Source of the DNA: Heterodontus francisci
Lineage: Eukaryota
NCBI RefSeq assembly: GCF_036365525.1
Contig: NC_090390.1
Span: forward strand, 55,720,153 to 55,784,152
Length of the DNA: 64,000 nt
Direction of reading: 5' to 3'
Under the pieces are notes generated by a model. It saw only the letters and a list, made by a program, of their open reading frames with translations, had not been told where the DNA came from and searched no databases. Of this stretch, positions 46,201 to 60,500 are shown piece after piece. A program made the position numbers and the translations under genes. Position 1 is the first letter of the stretch. Every line of letters begins with the position of its first letter.

Positions 46201-48423
46201 ATGGCTGTGGGAGAAGTGGCTGGAAGCATCCCGGCTGACATTTTTTAAGCCTTGGGCTTCCGTAGCACCAGCACCTGTGATGCTATGGAGCAGAATTTCA
46301 CAGTCTATGATCCTAAATGTTTTAGAAATCAGTGAGTTAATGTGGAAGCTGGTGACCTACGAGTGGAAGTAGGGCTGTGGACATTTCATATCTGCCCAAT
46401 GGAAATGAGCTGACTATGCCTAGTTTCCAGGGTCAACCTAATTAAAATATTTTTAACAAGCTCCTCTAATGAGGAGTGTCAGTGATTCAGAGCTCAGTCA
46501 CTGAGAAGGGAGAGGGTTTCCCCAATGGAATGCTGCAGTGGGATTGAAAAGCCTGCAGAGGCTTAAACAGGCAGGCACACACAACAAAACAGATCTGCAG
46601 CATTAACATTAAACAATGGACTGCTAGGTGTGCAGGGTGGTACAAAGCAATGAGGTGCTACTGACAATCAGGACTTACTTCAGAGTTAATAGAGAGCAGG
46701 TGATGTTCATTGCAGTTTGTATTTAAGGGCTGGGTTCCCCCCATCTGCCTGTGGTTGGTTGGTCTTTGAAGTGTGGACTGAGAATAAAACAGTTGTGGAT
46801 CAGAGACTGTCTCCTGCTTCCTGATTTTGGTGAATGGATATCTACCAATTGATCACTATGACTGGATTAAATCAGGTAGAGAAGAAAACCAAGCAATGCA
46901 GGGCCTCAAAGATAGTAGCACAAGAGCAATGGAAAGAGGTTGCCAGAGCAATCAATGCTAATATAAGCCACCCATGTACAACAACACAGTTTAATGATTG
47001 TACCAGGTCAGACAAGGTAAGTAGAATCAGCAACAGCCAAAATGTAGAGTACTAAACATTGTCCATCACTTACAATGACTTCCCCTTGTACTGTGCTAAA
47101 GTGCTTGAATTGCTTACCTTCAATGCCCCTGGTGCCCTTTCCACAACCAGCCTTCACTGGCAGAGTTGAGTATGAAAAGGGGGGGTGGGAGGGTTGGCAG
47201 CAGTGGGGCAGCATAACCATGAAGAAGGTGCTGGCAGCCTGTTTAAAATGCTGCTAGCACTTGAAATGGCTCTGAAATTTCGCATTTCATCACTGTATAG
47301 TTTTGTACATGATTGTCAAACACCTTTGAGTCCTAATCATCACTGAAAATTAATCTCCAGCCTACTCAGACCACCCCTTCATTTGCCAGTGACCAGTGCA
47401 CCACTGGACTGACAACATCCCATCGGTAGACCTTGAAGCCTGTGTAACCTGTTTGTGGCCATGGCAGAGACAAAAACCCATGTGTCCCCATGGATCAACG
47501 ATGACTCCCTGTAGGTTGCTGAGGCAAGGCCGGAGTCATATGCAGAACTTTAGATCCAGTGCCCCAAGCAGGTCGATGACCACCTCCGCTCTACTAGGGT
47601 GAATGGCAAACTTTTGTCTCCCTTGGGTCATAGCAAATTGGTGGGTGCCTCTGTGGATGTTGGGATGTCGAAGAGGGAATGGCTGGAGCTCTGTCATGGG
47701 GCATATGCTTGGAGTCATCCATTAAGCAGCAGATGCTGGAAATGCAGCATGAGGTGCTTGAAGATCTGGTGGAGATTCCAGAGGGTATGCGCACCGTGGC
47801 TCGGATAATGGAGGTGTCGTCCAGGACATAAGTGCTGCCTTTTCCCTTTCGTCTGCGTGCGCAGCCTCCTCTGTCGAAAGATTGGCGACTTTCAGACAGC
47901 CAGATCCAGCAGACCAGTCAGTGGCTGCCGGAGATGCGCACAGACAGGCACATCATCGTATTGTCCATGAGCTCGATGCAGCAGTGGTGAGGTGAGAGGG
48001 GTGACAAGAACCTGGAGCCTCCACCAGGCTTTCATCCTTCTCAGGTGAGCAGCAAGGTACAAGTGTGCCTCATGATGGCAGAGGAGCAGTCTGCATTTAC
48101 GGGCTCCTCTCTGGGCATTCCTGGAGTGGACAGTGGCTCCTCAGCCCCTCTGCCAGTGACACCAGCATCTCAAGTTGCCAGGGGGACAAGAGAGGATCCT
48201 GCGACTCTTCAGGAACCCCTCAGTGTGCTGGGGCTCTCCTGGCCACGGGCAGCCAGAGCACAACTGCCAAGCTCATCGCAGGCCATGGGGCAGCCTGGTC
48301 AGCAGCCTGCGTCCACCACAGCTGGCAGTGAAGGGGGAGCACCACATAGGGGGAGCACTCAACAAACACTGTAACTGCACTTGGGCTTCATGGGTGTGAT
48401 TTTAGTGGCATGTTGAATGGTGT

Positions 48424-49842
48424 CTTCTTCTTTGGCCTCCTTGTCTCAGGAGACAATGGGTAAGCGCCTGGAGGTGGTCAGTGGTTTGTGGAGCAGCGCC
48501 TGGAGTGGCTATAGAGGCCAATTCTAGAGTGACAGACTCTTCCACGGGTGCTGCAGATAACATTGGTCGCGGGGCTGTTACACAGTTGGCTCTCCCCTTT
48601 GCGCTTCTGTCTTTTTTCCTGCCAACTGCTAAGTCTCCGACTCGCCTCACTTTAGCCCCGCCTTTATGGCTGGCCGCCAGCTCTGGCGAACACTGGCAAC
48701 TGACCCACAGGACTTGTGATCAATGTCACAGGACTTCATGTCGCGTTTGCAGAATCTTTAAAGCGAAGACATGGACGGCCGGTGGGTCTGACACCAGTCG
48801 CAAGCTCGCTGTACAATTTGTCCTTGGGGATCCTGCCATCTTCCATGCAGCTCACATGGCCAAGCCATCTCAAGCGCCACTGACTCAGTAGGGTGTATAT
48901 GCTGGGGATGCTGGCCACCTCGAGGACTTCTGTGTTGGAGATACGGTCCTGCCACCTGATGCCAAGGATTCTCCGGAGGCAGCGAAGATGGAATAAATTG
49001 AGATGTCGCTCTTGGCTGACATACGTTGTCCAGGCCTCGCTGCCATAGAGCAAGGTACTGAGGACACAGGCTTGATACACTTGGACTTTTGTATTCTGTG
49101 TCAATGCGCCATTTTCCCACATTCTTGGCCAGTCTGGACATAGCAATGGAAGCCTTTCCCATGCGCTTGTTGTTTTTTGCATCGAGAGACCGGTTACTGG
49201 TGAAAGTTGAGCCTAAGTAAGTGAACTCTTGAACCACCTCCAGAGCGTGGTCGCCGATATTGATGGATGGAGCATTTCTGACGTCCTGCCCCATGATGTT
49301 CATTTTCTTGAGGCTGATGATTAGGCCAAATTCGTTGCAGGCAGCCGCAAACCTGTCGATGAGACTCTGCAGACACTCTTCAGTGTGAGATGTTAATGCA
49401 GCATCGTCAGCAAAGAGGACGTTCTGTACTTTGGTCTTCGCTCTTAGACGGGCAAGGTTGAACAACCTGCTACCTGATCTTGTGTGGAGGAAAATTCCTT
49501 CTTCAGACTTGAACGCATGTGAGAGCAGCAGGGAGAAGAAAATCCCAAACAGTGTAGGTGCGAGAACACAGCCCTGTTTCATGCCGCTCAGGATAGGAAA
49601 GGAGTCTGAGGGGGTACCGCTATGCTGAATTGTGCCTTTCATTTTGTCATGGAATGAGGTGATGATACTTAGTAGCTTTGGTGGACATCCGATCTTTGCT
49701 AGTAGTCTGAAGAGATCACGTTTGCTGACTAGATCAAAGGCTTTGGTGAGATCAATGAAAGCAACGTAGAGGGTCATCTGTTGTTCGCGGCATTTCTCCT
49801 GTAGCTGACGAAGGGAGAACAGCATGTCAATGGTGGATCTCT
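48424..49842 (-). mobile_element. 5'-truncated RTE-clade LINE
   Basis: ORF 48758-49825 (FIDLTKAFD, GMKQGCVLAP, LFADD). 15-bp TSD CATGTTGAATGGTGT at 48409-48423 and 49843-49857. Confidence 0.96.
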
Positions 49843-52419
49843 CATGTTGAATGGTGTAGTAAACCTTTTATTAAATGTCACTATTTGTTTGACTGTTTCA
49901 ATGCATTGATGGTGGCCATGGTGATATACGTGTTTGGGAGATGGCAACTCTGGCTGGTTGGGGTTGATCATAGCTGGGCCATTGCCGAAGCATTGTGCAC
50001 TAATGGGTGAATGGTTCTGGGTTTCCAGCAAACCTGAGTGGCTGCAGTGAGCCTGAAATGTGAATATTTGGTGGATGAGTTTGTTGATGTGCTGTATTTC
50101 AGGAGAAATGCCTGAGTATAAGAGCTTCCCAAGCCTCCCTGACACACAACTCTTGAGACCCTCCAGGTGGTCCCCTAGGTCAGTCAGGTTGCTGTGCATC
50201 CTCTTCAGCACCCTCCTCGTTTGAGGACGCCTCACGCTCTACTATGTCATCAGCAGCCAGGGCTTCCCACCTCCTGCAGGGCCAGGTTGTGCTAGACACA
50301 GCAGACAACCACAATCTGGGAGACTTGCTGGTGAATACTAAAGGGTGCCACCGAAGGTCTGCTCAATGGTCATTCTGGTTGTCATGTGGCTAACATTGTA
50401 GTGTTCCTCTGCCTTGATCAGTGGGTTCCTCACTGGTGCCATCAGCAATCTCTTCAGTGGGTAACCCCTGTTACAAAATATCCATCCTTGCAAGCGCACG
50501 GTGGCGGTGAAAAGCAATGGCACCTGGGAATGCCAGAGAATATAAGCATCATGACGGCTCCCAGGATAATGAGCACACAACTGCAATATGCCACTTGCAG
50601 TGGTCACAGACAAGTTGGGCATTGAGGGAGTGAAGTGCCTTCTGGTTTATGAAGGCCCCTGGCTGGCCTACAAGAGCCCGGATTGCAACATGGGTGCAGA
50701 CAATGACTCCTTGGACCAGAGGGAATCCATCGATGGTACTGAAGCCTCTATCTCTCTCAGCCTGACTGTCCACATCGGTTGCAAACTTGATGTATTGGTT
50801 GGCCCTCCTGAAGAGGGCATCGGTCACAAAATTGATGCAGTGATGCTGCACATTTTCTCCAGTGGCAGTCTGGAATGAGCCTGAGGCACAGAAATTCAGG
50901 ACGACTGACCTTGAGAGCCACTGACATCGGATGGATTAGAGCTGACCTCCACCATCATCATGTTTCGCAGCGCTGTAGCAGACGCTTGGGATAGGCGCAG
51001 TTGTCCGAGACACTGGCGGTCTGACATCAGGAGGAAGGACGTCTGCTGCCGTCACACTCTGTCATGTCTTTGCGCCCAGTCTACTCTGAGCCCTTCTCCC
51101 ATCACCAGGCTGCACCTGCAGGTGGCCAGCAGGTCGTTCTTGTCCTCAGCCACTTGCCCGCCTGTCCCTTTTTTCTCTGGATCATCTCCTCGCTGATGCG
51201 CTTCCTCTGGAATGGATGATGCCCATGGCACCTGCGCACTAAATATATAATGGGGACACCTTTCCAGTGATTTCTGAGGACACGCAATCCCAACCCCCTC
51301 TTCGGGCCATCTTGGAAGAGATTTCTGCCAGGATGACCACTTGCTCAAGTGGGCCTCAGTGAGCCAATAATTCCTGCCCTTCAACTTCCACTCCCCTTTA
51401 ACTTGAAGCCTCAAGGTTGCTAGCCCAAATCTTTCAGGCCCCTTTGTCTGACGCCCAGTTACCACTGATTTAAAGCTGCTGAGGCTCTGACCTCTGTGTG
51501 ACCCATACGCATCCCATAAAATGCTGCAGGGCGTGTAAAATGGAAGTCAATTGGATTTCCAATGACCTTAAGCCTTTACTTGTCTTTTAACGGACGGCAA
51601 GAGGAGTCCCCATCTTGCTTGCTGTCCGTTGCACGTAAAATGTGTTAGTCATGACATGGGGGCCCGAGCCAACGCCATGATGTGCCATTTTTCATTTCTC
51701 CCACCTCTGACAATGTCTGCATTTTGAAGGTAAAATCCCAGCCATAATCATTCCACTAAAAACCTTGCAGGAATTATATCTTAGTGCATGTACCTGTCAT
51801 CATACCCATTATGTGCAGCTTTCTGGGTTGTATTGCATGCCCTACTACCTGAATCATAGAATGGTTCAGCACAGAAGGAGGCTATTCAGCCTGCCGTGTA
51901 TGTGCCAGCCCCTTGCCGCTATGTTTAAATTCCCTTTTCAGGTCTCTAATCGGCCCCTCTCCTTTTTTTTTTTTTTACCACCCTTTTACTATTTAAAGGA
52001 AATTCTCATTCTATTTCAAGCGCCACACCCTCTAAATGTAACTGAAGTTAGAAGTTGAACCAGGCCAAAATGCATCTAGCCCTGCAGGCACACACCATCA
52101 CTCAATGTCTCCCTCACGAGCATTAACGCAGACTTCTACTCAGGAGAATTAGAGAGTGAGACGGATGAGAGTGCACTGGGTGACATACAGAGCAGGAGGA
52201 GCTGTTGTAAGAAAGAGGCTACCTGAACAAAGGGTTCAGATCTGTCGCCTCTCAGCCTGAAAACCCTGCTTTTTAAAAGAAGGATGCTTGGCAACTCATG
52301 TATATGAAAACGCTGAGGAACATATTATACAGAGTGCTGCAGATGGTAGATCAAGTGGATGCATTCACTACTTGCATGTGCAGTTTTATATTGGATGAGG
52401 GGGGGAAAAGAAATCATGT

Positions 52420-52637
52420 AACGAGTTGTTATGCCAGAAGGCAGTACCTGAAAGGGTGGTGGAAGCAGATTCAATAGTAACTTTCAAAGGGGAATTGAAT
52501 ATAATACTTGAAAAGCAACAATTTGCAAGGCTATAGGGAAACAGCAGGGAAGTGGGACTAATTGGATAGCTCTTTCAAAAAGCAGCTGAGGTACAATAGG
52601 CCAAATGGCCGCCTCCTGTGCCGTATGATTCTGATTC
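52420..52637 (+). mobile_element. CR1 3'-end fragment
   Basis: PERVVEADSIVTFKGEL motif; GGCCAAATGGCC hairpin; GATTCT tail. Confidence 0.8.
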
Positions 52638-53179
52638 AATCAGGTCCCATATGCATTGTAATGTTAGAATCCGATTACAATGATTTGAGATGCCGATTTT
52701 TGATACCATGTAATGTAAGCTTGTCCAATGGAATTAGATTCCATAGTTGTGAGTCACATATTAAAAGCTGGTGGATGACAGACTTTCTGTTACCTTTTAA
52801 TATCCCATTTCTGGCAGGAAAAGGAAATCAATTAACTTAATCAATCCAGCGCTACATTTTGATTCCAGCGCAAGTCTCCAGATATACTGGAGTGAATCTG
52901 CTGGAATTATGATGCTTCTCTTAACTTAATTTAATATTATTTCCTCCCAGAAGTTGCACAGCATAGGACTGTCTAGGAGTTATTCATGTGCATTTGTCAA
53001 CCTATCTTCAGGGGTACTTTCACTGCTGATTTTGAATTGGACCTTTTGTTATGATTGAGATATGGAAAAAGCCAAAGTAATAGTCATAAAGCCTGTGTTA
53101 ATAATAGATCAATACCAAATTGTTACTTTTGTATAAAGAGCTTCAGACAACATTAGAACTTTCATTCATATACTTGCTC

Positions 53180-53357
53180 TAGCCATAGTCCCAAAGACCA
53201 TAGGTGCATCACCCCATTAGAGAGACAGTTGATGTAGAGCTTGAGGGCAAGGCCTCCATGAACTACCACAGCTGGTATGGGGATTGAACCTGAATCTATG
53301 CTGTTGACCTCTTTCTGTATCATAAACTAGCTGTCTAGCCGACTGAGCTAACTGACC
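53180..53357 (-). mobile_element. tRNA-derived SINE
   Basis: Reverse strand A box TAGCTCAGTCGG and B box GGTTCAATCCC. Confidence 0.65.
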
Positions 53358-53513
53358 ACCACCCCCTGCCCTTCAGTCATATACAAAACCTATAAATGTG
53401 TTGTATTTTAACTCAAAAGTGCCATCTTGTGGATAAAAAAAAGTATTGCCTGTAAATTATCTTCTAGTTATGAAGCATTCTCTACCTCAAAAATAATGCT
53501 CCTGATGAAAGAT

Positions 53514-54131
53514 CATAGGAAATAGGAGCAGGAGTAGGCCATTCTGCCCATCGAGCCTGTTCCGCCATTCAAGCAGGTCATGACTGATCATCTACCTTTA
53601 CGTCATTTTTCCGCACTATCCCCATATCCTTTATTGTCATTAGTATCCAGATATCTATCGATTTCTGTCTTGAACATGTTCAATGATTTGAGCTTCCACA
53701 GCCCTCTGGGGTAGAGAATTCCACTCTGAGTAAAGAAATTTCTCCTCATCTGAGTCTTAAATGGCCTACCCCTTATTCTGAGACTCTATGTCCCTCTGTT
53801 CTCGACTCACCAGCCAGAGGAAACATCGTATCCGCATCCACCCTGTCGCACCCTGTGAGAATTGAGAGTTTCAATGAGATCAACTCTCACTCCTCGAAAC
53901 TATATAGAATACAGGACCAGTTTCTGCAATCTCTCTTCGTAAGACAAGCCCACCATCCCAGGGATTAGCCTGGTAAACCTCCATTGCACTCCCTCTATGG
54001 CAAGTATATCCTTCCTTCGATGAGGAGACCAAAATGGTACACAATGCTCCAGGTGCAGTCTCACCAAGGCTTTATACAGCAAGACATCTTTACTCCTGTA
54101 TTCAAATCCCCTTGCAATGAAGGCCAACATA
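53514..54131 (-). mobile_element. 5'-truncated CR1
   Basis: ORF 53900-54130 (LYKALVRLHLEHC...LSYEERL); TTCCTATG tail. Confidence 0.88.
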
Positions 54132-54346
54132 CCATTTTGTTTGATTTTGATATCACCACTACATTAAAGTCTATTATTTCCATAAGAATTGTCATATTTA
54201 TTTTTAGAGGAGATCACTCTGACTATAATTCGGTAATTTTGAATGCAAGTACAACAGATATTTTGCATTTTAAATCTTTAAAACATTATTTGACTAAATT
54301 TATTTCATATGATTGAATAATGTAATTTAGAATGATTGGTATTACG

Positions 54347-54741
54347 CGAGGAAAGGCTGAGGGATTTGAGGTTGTTTTCGTTGGAGAGAAGGAGGAGGAG
54401 AGGTGACTTAATAGAGACATATAAGATAATCAGAGGGTTAGATAGGGTGGATAGGGAGAGTCTTTTTCCTCGGATGGTGATGGCAAACACGAGGGGACAT
54501 AGCTTTAAGTTGAGGGGTGATAGATATAGGACAGATGTCAGAGGTAGTTTCTTTACTCAGAAAGTAGTAGGGGCGTGGAACGCCCTGCCTGCAACAGTAG
54601 TAGACTCGCCAACTTTAAGGGCATTTAAGTGGTCATTGGATAGCCATATGGATGAAAATGGAATAGTGTAGGTCAGATGGTTTCACAGGTCGGCGCAACA
54701 TCGAGGGCCGAAGGGCCTGTACTGCGCTGTAATGTTCTAAT
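54347..54741 (+). mobile_element. Young 5'-truncated CR1 3' end
   Basis: ORF 54336-54671; near-identical in reverse to 62641-63035. Confidence 0.93.
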
Positions 54742-57129
54742 AAGCATAAGTGATGAGATCTGTCAACCCAATAATCTATAATACCTGTTTTTTTTTTTTA
54801 GCCTGGCTGCTTATTTTCTCTATCATAAGTAGATTACCGAGGTGAAGAATTTAATGCACTAAGCAACAGTGGACATATAAAGTGGCAAAAACAACATTAT
54901 TTGTAAGTGTTTGTGTCTATTGTGATATAGAAATCTATGTATCAGGATTGCCTTCAGATTCCACTACTTCACTCTAGTAAAGGTTTGGGGGTCTTCAGAA
55001 GGCCTTAAACGTATTGACTTAACTGATGAGTTCCTCCTGAAGCCTTTCAAGCTTTAAAGGGAAGAACTCCCCTGGGAAACGCAGGAATGTTTCCCAACAC
55101 ACCTCCTCCTGAGCATAATTTACAGGCCCAGTCTAAATGAGGCGGAATCCAGTAGTACCAGTTTTCAGCCCTAATTCTGAGCTCCCGCCAGGTAGAAATA
55201 GGACTTGCTCCTGATATTTATGTGCCATTATTTCTTCTTTTGCTGATGTGTTGAGAGACAGGGGCTGGTTTTCATCTTCACTGTCAAGCGGGAACATGGC
55301 GATAACAGAATGACAGCAGTTACTGTCCCATTCCTGCTAACACTCTAGTCACCATCATTTTGGTAGGAACCTTGAAATGCGCAGCCTGGATGCCAGCTAG
55401 TAACAGCTGAGTGCCTCACTTAGCCCCTGCAAATTGGGGTCCTATTATGTCAATAGGACACTGGTACAATTTTGAAGTACCATTGGACAGAGTGTATGAC
55501 ACATGAGATCCACCCATTGGTGTCTGGCATAGAATGTCCTCCTGCCCCCACAAAAATTGCCTCCTCGAACGCCCAATCCTCGGTGGCCTTCACCCAGGAT
55601 TGCCTCCCCCTTCCTTTTTTACTTACTGCAACCAGCCCAGATCCGCAGAGAAGCCATCAGACTTTCCGTCTTTACAATCAGCAAGCAGCCTATCAACACT
55701 CATTTAATGCTGGCAGATTGTAGGGAAATGATGTCTGAACATAAAACATGGCTCCATCGAACAGGCAATGGAATACACCTGCCCAACACATACCCAATAG
55801 AAGTGGTCACATCTATTTTGTGGGAATTGCTACATTTGAGAGGATAGTCATTTTGTTATAAATGGTGACTATACCAAATAGAATTTATACTGTCCAGCTG
55901 TTCTCCCTATGCTTATAATGGATTTAGCAACCAGCAGCAGAGTTTAAAGGAACTAATCAGAATGATTTACTGTTCAAACTCAGTCTGAATGATCAGTTTT
56001 TTTTTCAAAAAACTACCCTCATCTTATGGAGGCACTGATGCATGCTGGGTTTTGGTTCAATGGACAGCAACAGGCTTCTGATACCTCTCTCTGAAATGGC
56101 CATTTTTCAGTATGATGAATTCAGGAGAGTTCACTCCAGTGACATTAGTCATGGACATCCATTATCAGCGTAGATGTCATGCTATTTGACTATTTATTTC
56201 CTTCAAACAGATGAGAAGCTGTTCCGAGAGTCAGAAAGTCCACTTGGGGTCTCCTTATCAGAAAATGGCTGCATTTAATTAGCTGGCGGTTTCTCTCCAA
56301 AGTCCCGAACCAAGGCAACTGATCCATCCCCTATCCGCATTTGATCTGGGCTGAAATTTTGGTCTTCTGATCTTTATTAAAACACACCACATCAGTGGTA
56401 CTGATGGATACTCAGATGGAAAATCTGATGTATGTTCATGAGAATTGCAATTCAATTATGTATTCACAGCTGGGAGTAAAAAGAGCATTTTTAAACATTA
56501 AGGAATTTTAATATATTTCATAGTTAGCTACGAGAAGGGAGCATTTAAAATTGAATTCTAAATCTGAATATACAAATCCTTCGGCTAGACAACATTAATA
56601 TTGTTTCCCAACCAATATTACCTCTTTTACCACATAGCTTTGCCAGTACTTAATTGCTTAAGTCTTTTAAAATATTATAGATTTGTTGATAGAAATAGCA
56701 ATTGCAGAAAGCAAGAAACACAGTGCATACTCAACCAAGGCACAGTCCAAATACAGGAGATTGTGGACACTGCAATGTAATGTGATGGAATTTCAGCCCT
56801 CAATATGATCATTTTGGAAACATTTTTATTAACTTTCTCATTTCCCTTTTGTAGTTAAAGGGAAAACACGAGATAAAATATCAAATTGTAAATGAGGAAT
56901 AAATTGGTCTGATGTAAGGAAACCAGGGGAGTGATCAATGGCAGCAGTTGTAATTAAGCAACTGTTCTGTAAGGAACACAGATCCTGGACCCTGGGGTTG
57001 GATCTAGGATTACTGTTCTTTTATGACTTACGATTGTTAAGTAGTTTTAAAAGTAAAGTACACAAGTTGGAGGATAGTTCCGAGTCATGTGGGAAAGTAG
57101 GACATTCTAAGGAGATTTTCCAAAGCTGA

Positions 57130-57548
57130 ACAAATGTTCAGATTAACGGCTATTGGTGTTTAATTGAAAAATCTAAAGTAATGTACGTTGGTGTTAAAAA
57201 CATTTGATTATTGCTGCATTTTGCTAGGAAGACTAAAAGGGCCACATACTCTTTGGAAAATAAGTGTCTAAAAGTGCTGGAGGAGCAGAGGGATCTGGGG
57301 TACAGATAAACAAATCACTAAAATTTGCAGCACAGATTACTAAGGCCATATAAAAAAAAACAAATAACAGACTGGGGTTTTTTCTAGAGGGATAGAATTG
57401 AAAAACATAAAAGTTATGTTAAACTTGTATGGAACCTTGGTTAAACCACACTTAAGAGTATTGGAAACAGTTCTGGTCTCCATATTAGACAAAAGATACA
57501 TAGGCACTGAAGAAGATGCAAAAAAGATTTACTAGAATGGTATCAGAA
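57130..57548 (+). mobile_element. Old CR1 fragment
   Basis: Degraded EQRDLG...LYGTLVKPH...QFWSP...KRFTRM. Confidence 0.7.
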
Positions 57549-57549
57549 C

Positions 57550-60500
57550 ACAGGAAGATAGGAACAGGAGTAGGCTATTCAGCCCCTTGAGCCTGTCCCA
57601 CCATTCAATGAGATCATGGCTGATCCACGGCCTAACTCTATATACCTGCCTTTGGCCCATATCCCTTAATATCTTTGCCTAACAAAAATCTATCTATCTC
57701 AGATTTAAAATTAACAACTGTTCTAGCTTCAACTGCTGTTTGTGGGAGAGAATTCCAAACCTCTACCACCCTTTGCGTGAAGAAGTGCTTCCTAATATCT
57801 CTCCTGAACGATCTGGTCCTAATTTTTAGACTATGCTCCTAGTTTTAGAATCTCCAACCAGTGGAAATAGTTTCTCTTTATCTAGCCTGTTTTTTCCTGT
57901 TAATATCTTGAAGACTTCGATCAGATCACCCCTTAACCTTCTAAATTCTAGCAAAAACAGGCCTAATTTGTGCAATCTCTCCTCGTAACTTAACCCCTGT
58001 AGTCCAGGTATCATTCTTGTAAACCTACGTTGCACTCTCTCCAAGGCCAATATATCCTTCCTAAGGTGTGGTGCCCAGAACTGCTCACAGTACTCCAAGT
58101 GGGGTCTAACCAGGGTTTTGTACAGCTGCAGCATAACCTCTGTGTCTTTATACTCCAATCCTCTAGATTTAAAGGCTAGCATTCCATTAGCCTTTTTGAT
58201 TATTTTCTGCACTTGCTCGTGGCATTTTAAATATCTACATACCTGAACCCCCAAGTCTCTTTGGACATCCACTGTACTTAACCTCTTCCCATTTAGAAAA
58301 TACCCTGCTCTATCCTTTTTTGGTCCAAAATGGATAATCTCACACTCGCCTGCATTGAAATCCATCTGCCACAGTTTTGCCCACTCATCTAGTCTGTCAA
58401 TATCTCTTTGCAATTTTATGCTATCATCTAGACTGTCTACAATGCCGCCTAACTTTGTATCATCAGCAAATTTGGATATATGACTTACTATGCCATCATC
58501 CAAGTCATTAATGAATAATGTGAATAATTGAGGCCCCAGCACAGATCCCTGTGGGACACCACTAGTCACATCCTGCCAATCGGAGTACTTACCCATTATC
58601 CCCACTATCTGTCGCCAACCAATCAACCAACTTCTTAACAATGTCAATAATTTGCCCTCAACTCCATGGGCTTCTACCTTAGTTAACAGTCTCTTATGTG
58701 GGACTTTATCAAATGCCTTCTAGAAGTCCATATAAATAACATCCATAGACATTCCCCTGTCCACTACCTTAGTCACTTTTTCAAAAAATTCGATGAGATT
58801 TGTCAGGCATGACCTTCCAGTCATGAATCCATGCTGGCTGTCCCTGATTAACTGAAAATTTTTCGAGATGTTCAGTCACCCTATCCTTGATTATAAACTC
58901 CAGCAACTTGCCCACCACAGATGTCAGGCTAACTGGTCTGTAATTTCCTTGGTTCCCCCTTTCACCCTTCTTAAAAAGTGGAGTGACATGTACAACTTTC
59001 CAATCCAGAGGGACCACTCCTGAATCTAGGTAACTCTGAAAGTCTATAGTTAGAGCATCTACAATGTGCTTCCCTACTTCCTTTAACAGCCTTGGATGGA
59101 AACCATCAGGTCTTGGGGATTTCTCACTCTTTAGTTCCATTAATTTCCTTGTTACTGATGTTTTACTTAGTCCCTGTCCCCTATCGGCTATTAATTTTTT
59201 CGGGACTTCCGACAGGTTATCCTCCTTTTTCAACAGTAAATACTACGGCAAAGTAACTGTTCAACATGTCTGCCATTTCCCCATTTTCAATGACAATGGC
59301 CGGAATTTTACATCACTCCAAGGGGTTGGATGGTGGCATGGGGGCAGCGTAAAATTGAGCGGCTGGCTCCGGGAGGCCTACCCGCCCCGATTCCGCCTCT
59401 GACCAAGTTTACAGAGGTCCAATGTGGGGTAGCGGGGGGTGGGAAAACGGCCCTCCCACCCGAGGCTAATCAAGACCCTTAAGTGCCACTTAAGGACTCT
59501 TGCCCGCCTCCACAGGTATTTTACTCGTGGCAAGCGGGTGTGCTGGGGACGTGAAAGGCCGCCCAGCTATAGCTGCCAGCCTTTCTGCACCCCGGGGGGG
59601 GGGGGGGGGGGGCCATGTCAGTCGAGCACAGGGTGCCCAATTGAGGGCCGCCTCTGCCTCCCAACCCAACCCCGGGATCTAAGACGCCCCCTCCCTAGTC
59701 TGTCTCTCCCAATCTATGTGTAAGTTAAAATCCCCCAATAATACTACTCTGCCTTTGTTACATACTTGCCTAATTAGTGCATTTATATGATCTACCACCT
59801 CAGAACTGCTACCAGGGGGTCTATACACAATACCTATTATAGTTTTAGATCCTTTTCTTTTCCTCAATTCCACCCATAAGGTCTCCACTGGATGCTTTCC
59901 CCCCATTATATCCTCCCTCACCAATGAGGTGATATTATTTCTAATCAGTAAGGCTACTCCACCCCCTCTGCCATTTTCCCTGTCCCTCTTGTAAACTTTA
60001 TAACCAGGTATATTTAGTTCCCAGTCCCGACCATCCTGCAGCCACGACTCCGCAAAGGCCGCCACATCATAATCTTCCATTTGAATTTGTGCCTGCAGTT
60101 CATCCAGTTTATTCCTTACACTCCGTGCATTTGTATATAGTACTCTTATTTGAGCTATACCCCCTAACCTGTCCCTCAGCACTGATGCTTTATTCGCCTG
60201 TTTATTATTTCTCTCTTTTGGTTTAACCAGTATACTTCTTGCAGTTTTGCCATTACCTGCAGTTCCTGACTGTTTGTTTGTTTGTTTCTTTCTTTACTCT
60301 CTGCCCTGTTACTTGTTTTTGAAACTATATTGACTACCCGAGGCCTCCCCCTCCTCCCCGCCCCCCCCCCACCCCCCCCCCCCCACCCCCCATTTACTAG
60401 TTTGAAATCCTTGTGACCACCCTATTTATCCTTTCCGGTAGGACACTGGTCCCAGATGGGTTCAGGTGGAGCCCGTCCCAACGGTGCAGTTCCCTTCTGT

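Larger units (their letters stand above)
45771..51743. mobile_element. Large PIF/Harbinger element (possibly composite): Myb/SANT gene on +, transposase on -, convergent; nested RTE and LTR-like pieces
   Basis: Ends GGGCTGAATTTTA (45771) and TAAAATCCCAGCC (51743), but the flanks ACT and ATA do not match. Myb exon QWKEVARAINA...QFNDCTRSDK then GTAAGT at 47017. Transposase ORFs 50338-50851 (GFPLVQGVIVCTHV, YPGSRHDAYIL, RGYPL, TIEQTFG). Confidence 0.8.

Noticed and set aside
56212-56280. Plus-strand acceptor followed by DEKLFRESESPLGVSLSENGCI-stop
   Set aside because: No recognisable protein or partner exons.
59590-60395. Poly-G (59594-59612) and poly-C (60355-60391) tracts as G-quadruplex elements
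   Set aside because: Homopolymer expansions inside TE copies; no evidence of function.
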